DNA of 64,000 bases, from positions 2,118,547 through 2,182,546 of the forward strand of contig CAVYBW010000001.1 of the NCBI GenBank assembly GCA_963767035.1. Reading direction: 5' to 3'. The notes beneath the pieces are model-generated. The model made no database searches, was not told where the DNA came from, and saw only the letters and a list, made by a program, of their open reading frames with translations. Source of the DNA: an uncultured Chloroflexia bacterium (lineage in GTDB: Bacteria > Chloroflexota > Chloroflexia > Chloroflexales > Herpetosiphonaceae). A program made the translations under genes and the position numbers. The stretch's first letter is position 1; the number at the start of each line of letters is the position of its first letter. Below are positions 60,466 through 64,000 of the stretch, piece by piece.

Positions 60466-61486
60466 ACGTCTGATGTGAGTTATCACGAACGTATTCCTTG
60501 ACAAAAAACGACGGAAGTCCCACGATGGAAGTGCTTACCCACCATCAGAAGGAGTTCCGTCGATGTCCAGTATACCATTGTCTGATGTGATGACCATCCT
60601 CTATGTCCTCGTTGATGATTGGTATCAAGCGTCACCGCATGCCACCAGCGCACCAGTACCCGGTCCGGCTCCGGCACTGACCCCAAGCGAGGTGCTCACC
60701 ATTCTGTTGGCGATGGATGTGGTTCCCTTTCCCAGCGAACGGAGCTTCTTAGGCTTTCTGCGGGCGACCCATGGCGATTTATTCCCGACCTTGCCGCATC
60801 AAAGCCAATTTAATCGCCATGCGCGCCGGCTGTGCGGCTTGCTCGAACCCCTCCGGCGGTCGTGGCTCGCTGCATGGGCAACGGTCGCATGCCCACAGGT
60901 CATTCTCGATACCAAACCCATTCCCGTTGTCGGCTATCGCCGGTCGAAACGCCGGAGTGATTTCGCGGGGAGTGCGAGCTATGGGTATTGTGCGAGCCGC
61001 AACCTGCACTATTTTGGCTACAAACTGGTCATGCTCACCACCCTCGACGGCATTCCGGTCGCCTATGACCTCGTGCCAGCCCATACCGACGAACGGGCCG
61101 CTGCCGACGAAATTCTTGACCAGATCACCAATGCCGATGTCTGGTCGGATAAAGGGTTTCTTGGTGAACAGTGGCACCACGATGTCCGCGCCACCACCAA
61201 GAATCGCATCTGGACGGCCAAGCGTCGCAATCAGCCAGCCAATCCGGTGGTGTTTGATCGGCTGCTCGGTTCGATCCGCGAACGAATCGAAGGAACCTTT
61301 CATGAACTGCAAAACACCGGACGGAATGTCGAGCGCTTGTTGGCCAAAACGGTGGAAGGATTGGCGACCCGCATTGCGAGCAAGGTGACGCATCTCGTCG
61401 TCAAAGCCGTATTGCGGGCGCGATTTGGGATCGATGTCCTCACCTTTACGGTTATCAACGATGCCTAACTCACATCAGGCGTTTAA
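60466..61486 (+). mobile_element. IS982-family insertion sequence (about 1.0 kb) with 16 bp terminal inverted repeats
   Basis: IRL acgtctgatgtgagtt (60466-60481) and IRR aactcacatcaggcgt (61470-61485) match 15/16. Flanking ttaat on both sides is a possible target-site duplication. It encodes a single transposase. Confidence 0.75.
60563..61468 (+). CDS. IS982-family DDE transposase
   Basis: DTKPIPVVGYRRSKRR...YGYCASRNLHYFGYKLVMLTTLDGIPVAYDLVPAHTDE...DKGFLGE...ERIEGTFHELQN matches the IS982 transposase pattern. 301 aa. Confidence 0.8.
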   Translation: MSSIPLSDVMTILYVLVDDWYQASPHATSAPVPGPAPALTPSEVLTILLAMDVVPFPSERSFLGFLRATHGDLFPTLPHQSQFNRHARRLCGLLEPLRRSWLAAWATVACPQVILDTKPIPVVGYRRSKRRSDFAGSASYGYCASRNLHYFGYKLVMLTTLDGIPVAYDLVPAHTDERAAADEILDQITNADVWSDKGFLGEQWHHDVRATTKNRIWTAKRRNQPANPVVFDRLLGSIRERIEGTFHELQNTGRNVERLLAKTVEGLATRIASKVTHLVVKAVLRARFGIDVLTFTVINDA

Positions 61487-62644
61487 TTATTCTTTGTAGG
61501 TGCGGCCTTTCCATGTCACCCCGCGCCCTGACCAAATGCGCCAAGCCGCCTCTGCCGCCAGCAACATATAGCACACAATCCCCAACGGGAAAAGCAAGGC
61601 ATGGCGGCGCGATAAGCCATATAATTGCTGCATAAAACGGCCCCAACTCCAGAATGCAAGACTATTCAGCAGCAACGCCATGCCACTCAACAACAGTTTT
61701 GGCCAGAATGTCCAGCGCCGTAGCCAAGCCCAAAGGCTCAGCAATCCTAGTCCGAATGGCACAACTCCAACCAAAATCTGACGCATCCCAGCCCACGAAG
61801 AACGCACGCCGCCATTGCGCAAGCCAGCAATCGCATTTTTGACCAAGCCCTCGCGGACTTCGCTGCCGTTGGTATACATTCGCACCCGCAGCAACTCGCC
61901 AGCATAGACTGCTCGCATTACTCCGCCGCTGCGCACAATCGATTGCGCTAACTCAACATCCTCAAGCACCCGATCGCGTACCGCCGCATGGCCGCCAGCC
62001 CGCAGGTAGGCACTGCGCCGTATCAAAATAAACTGACCATTGGCCAAAACCACGCCTGAGCCAGGTGTATTCACTTTGCTTACCGGATAGGCCGCCTGAA
62101 TAATTGAGAAAAACGCTGGCAACAGGGTTTTCTCCCAAAAGCTGCCAAGCTCAGAAAAGGGCAAAAATGTCAGCAAATCAAGCTTTTCGGCTTCGGCATA
62201 GGCTAAGGCTTGGGTTAACATCTCAGGTTGGGGCTTGGTATCGGCATCAAGAAATAATAACCATTCGCTGGTGCTAGCCTCAGCCAATTGCCAACAAGCC
62301 CAGCACTTTCCCGTCCAACCATCTGGCAAAGGTTGGCCTTGCAGCAAATACACCCGTTGATCCTGCACCGCAACATCGGCTACAATCGCAGCCGTGCCAT
62401 CAGTCGAATGATCATCAAGAATGGTCAATTGCCAATCACTGCGGGTTTGCTGTTGCATGCCATGCAACACATGGCCAATATTGTGGGCTTCATTGCGGGC
62501 AGGCACCAACACATCAACCTGCGATAATGGTTCGATGCTTGGGCGGGGCTGAATCGTGGGAATTTGCTTGAGCAACAGGGCATCACGTACTACTAAAATC
62601 AACGAGGCTAGCCCTAAAAGCAGCCCAATCACAACAGGAAGCAT
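61487..62644 (-). CDS. Membrane-anchored family 2 glycosyltransferase
   Basis: N-terminal TM, then VDVLVPARNEAHNIGHVL...LDDHSTDGT...LFLDADT GT2 motifs, with C-terminal TM helices. Confidence 0.8.
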   Translation of the reverse strand: MLPVVIGLLLGLASLILVVRDALLLKQIPTIQPRPSIEPLSQVDVLVPARNEAHNIGHVLHGMQQQTRSDWQLTILDDHSTDGTAAIVADVAVQDQRVYLLQGQPLPDGWTGKCWACWQLAEASTSEWLLFLDADTKPQPEMLTQALAYAEAEKLDLLTFLPFSELGSFWEKTLLPAFFSIIQAAYPVSKVNTPGSGVVLANGQFILIRRSAYLRAGGHAAVRDRVLEDVELAQSIVRSGGVMRAVYAGELLRVRMYTNGSEVREGLVKNAIAGLRNGGVRSSWAGMRQILVGVVPFGLGLLSLWAWLRRWTFWPKLLLSGMALLLNSLAFWSWGRFMQQLYGLSRRHALLFPLGIVCYMLLAAEAAWRIWSGRGVTWKGRTYKE

Positions 62645-62650
62645 AGCTTA

Positions 62651-64000
62651 ATGAATCCTCAAACTGCAAAACAATCGTCTCACTATATCACGCAGCCGCC
62701 GCTCCAATGGATGGATCAAGCGCTGCCATGGCTGATCGTTAGTTTATTATTGCCAATCTATTGGCTGATGAGCAGCCCCACGATTAGCACGGCCTATGGC
62801 AGCAGCGATAGTGGCGAATTAGCAACCGCACTTTGGTTGGGCGCAGTGCCCCATCCGCCCGGTTCGCCGACCTACTTACTGCTTGGGCAAGTAGCGCTCC
62901 ACTGGTTTGGTGGCGAGCCATCCCAACGTTTAGCCTGGTTGAGCGCGATCGTCACCGCGCTGAGCGCAGGCGTGGTTGGCGCAAGCGTTGGATTAAGCGC
63001 CAGCGAACAACCCCGCTCAGTTCGCTGGAGCGTCATGCTAGCAGCAGGCTTAGGCTTTGGCCTAAGCCAACGCATCTGGCAACAAGCCTTGGTTGTCGAA
63101 GTCTATGCCTTGGCGAATCTTTTTCAGGTGTTATTGCTCTGGCTGAGCCTACGCTGGCAACGTTGGCAACACTCAAGCAGCCTCGCGGCGCTTGGCTTGG
63201 TATTTGGCCTCGGTTTAGGCGTGCAACTGCCAGTCGCATCATGGCTGGTTGGCTTTGGCTTGCTCTGGTTCAATGCCAAATTGCCAATTAAATGGCCGCA
63301 GATTGGGCTATTTTTGCTGCTGTTTGGGCTTGGCGTGAGTAGCTATTTGGTGTTGGTTTGGCGTGGCACTGTAGTTCCACAAGCAAGTTGGGGCGATTGG
63401 AGCAGCTTCGCTGGCGCAATTGACCATATCAGCGCTAGCGAATATCGCTATTTAGTTGGCGCAGTGCCACTTGGCGAGCAACTTCAACGCCTCATTTTAG
63501 CTTGTCGCGATTTACTAGCAAGCTATTGGTGGATCATCGGCCCACTTTTAATTGGCTGTGGCTGGCAAAAAATCACTGTTGCGCAACGCTGGATGCTGAT
63601 TGGCTGGGCTGGCGTTACACTGCTTTGGTCGATCAGTTATGGCGGCGCTGATGCCCAAGTCTATCTCTTGCCAATCCATGGCTTGGCTGGTTGGTTGCTT
63701 GGAATGGGAGTGGTTTGGCTGACACGTTATGCCAAGTTAGCCCGTTGGCTTTGGCTAGCACCAGTATTAATCGTGGTTGGGTTGCCGTTGGGCTGGCAAT
63801 ATTCGTTGCGTGGCCAAACCCAAAGCCGTGATCAAGCGATTCAATTGCTACAACAGCAACCAACCAATGGTCAATTGCTCAGCAACGACGATCAAACAAC
63901 ATTTAGCGCGTGGTATGCGCAATCGGTATTGGGCATACGGCCTGATGTGCAGATTATTGATCAGCGCCTACAACAACAGTTGTGGTATCAGCGACGGGAA
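62651..64000 (+). CDS. DUF2723-family polytopic membrane protein (GT-C-like, TMEM260-type), 3'-partial
   Basis: Open frame from ATG 62651 with no stop before the window end. It is not in the ORF track because it has no stop. N-terminal GAVPHPPGSPTYLLLGQ matches the DUF2723 signature, and it has many TM helices. Confidence 0.7.
   Translation, partial: MNPQTAKQSSHYITQPPLQWMDQALPWLIVSLLLPIYWLMSSPTISTAYGSSDSGELATALWLGAVPHPPGSPTYLLLGQVALHWFGGEPSQRLAWLSAIVTALSAGVVGASVGLSASEQPRSVRWSVMLAAGLGFGLSQRIWQQALVVEVYALANLFQVLLLWLSLRWQRWQHSSSLAALGLVFGLGLGVQLPVASWLVGFGLLWFNAKLPIKWPQIGLFLLLFGLGVSSYLVLVWRGTVVPQASWGDWSSFAGAIDHISASEYRYLVGAVPLGEQLQRLILACRDLLASYWWIIGPLLIGCGWQKITVAQRWMLIGWAGVTLLWSISYGGADAQVYLLPIHGLAGWLLGMGVVWLTRYAKLARWLWLAPVLIVVGLPLGWQYSLRGQTQSRDQAIQLLQQQPTNGQLLSNDDQTTFSAWYAQSVLGIRPDVQIIDQRLQQQLWYQRRE

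Noticed and set aside
60771-61393. Two about 205 aa ORFs on opposite strands
   Set aside because: Both are internal to the IS982 transposase gene in alternative frames.
62833-63291. 152 aa ORF from the track
   Set aside because: It is an off-frame shadow of the real DUF2723 gene, which occupies frame 2 from 62651 to the window end with no stop and is therefore missing from the track.

Overview
This 64 kb window is about 50% GC and looks bacterial. The gene content (GTP-type PEP carboxykinase, LVIVD and PD40 beta-propeller lipoproteins, NYN/OST-HTH, a cyanophycin pair, a decaprenyl-phosphate phosphoribosyltransferase) and the dense intergenic palindromic repeats are compatible with a filamentous Chloroflexota such as Herpetosiphon, but that assignment is an inference only. 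I call about 57 protein genes, no rRNA, tRNA or CRISPR, and one intact IS982-family insertion sequence. Most genes are housekeeping or cell-envelope functions (pckG, era, trpF, gmk, holB, rluB, cphB-cphA, MoxR-DUF58, several GT2/GT4/GT-C glycosyltransferases, 6 GNATs, a LacI regulator and an MsmX-like ABC ATPase). At least eight genes are broken by one-base indels at homopolymer runs; these are probably read errors, so I list those genes as single CDSs. Repeat content is unusual: at least three intergenic repeat families recur in nearly every longer spacer, and two genes carry long in-frame tandem repeats (rluB with a 46-unit RGG-like tail; the NYN protein with ERPER repeats). The best candidate for an undescribed system is at 11576-15084: a NACHT STAND NTPase with a C-terminal formylglycine-generating-enzyme-like sensor domain and a small downstream protein, which share a short G/N/Q-rich motif resembling NLR amyloid-signalling pairs. 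The second candidate is a 2.3 kb AT-rich (about 30% GC) foreign islet at 38185-40510 encoding a zinc-ribbon plus AlbA_2 (Schlafen-like) protein and a multi-pass membrane protein.
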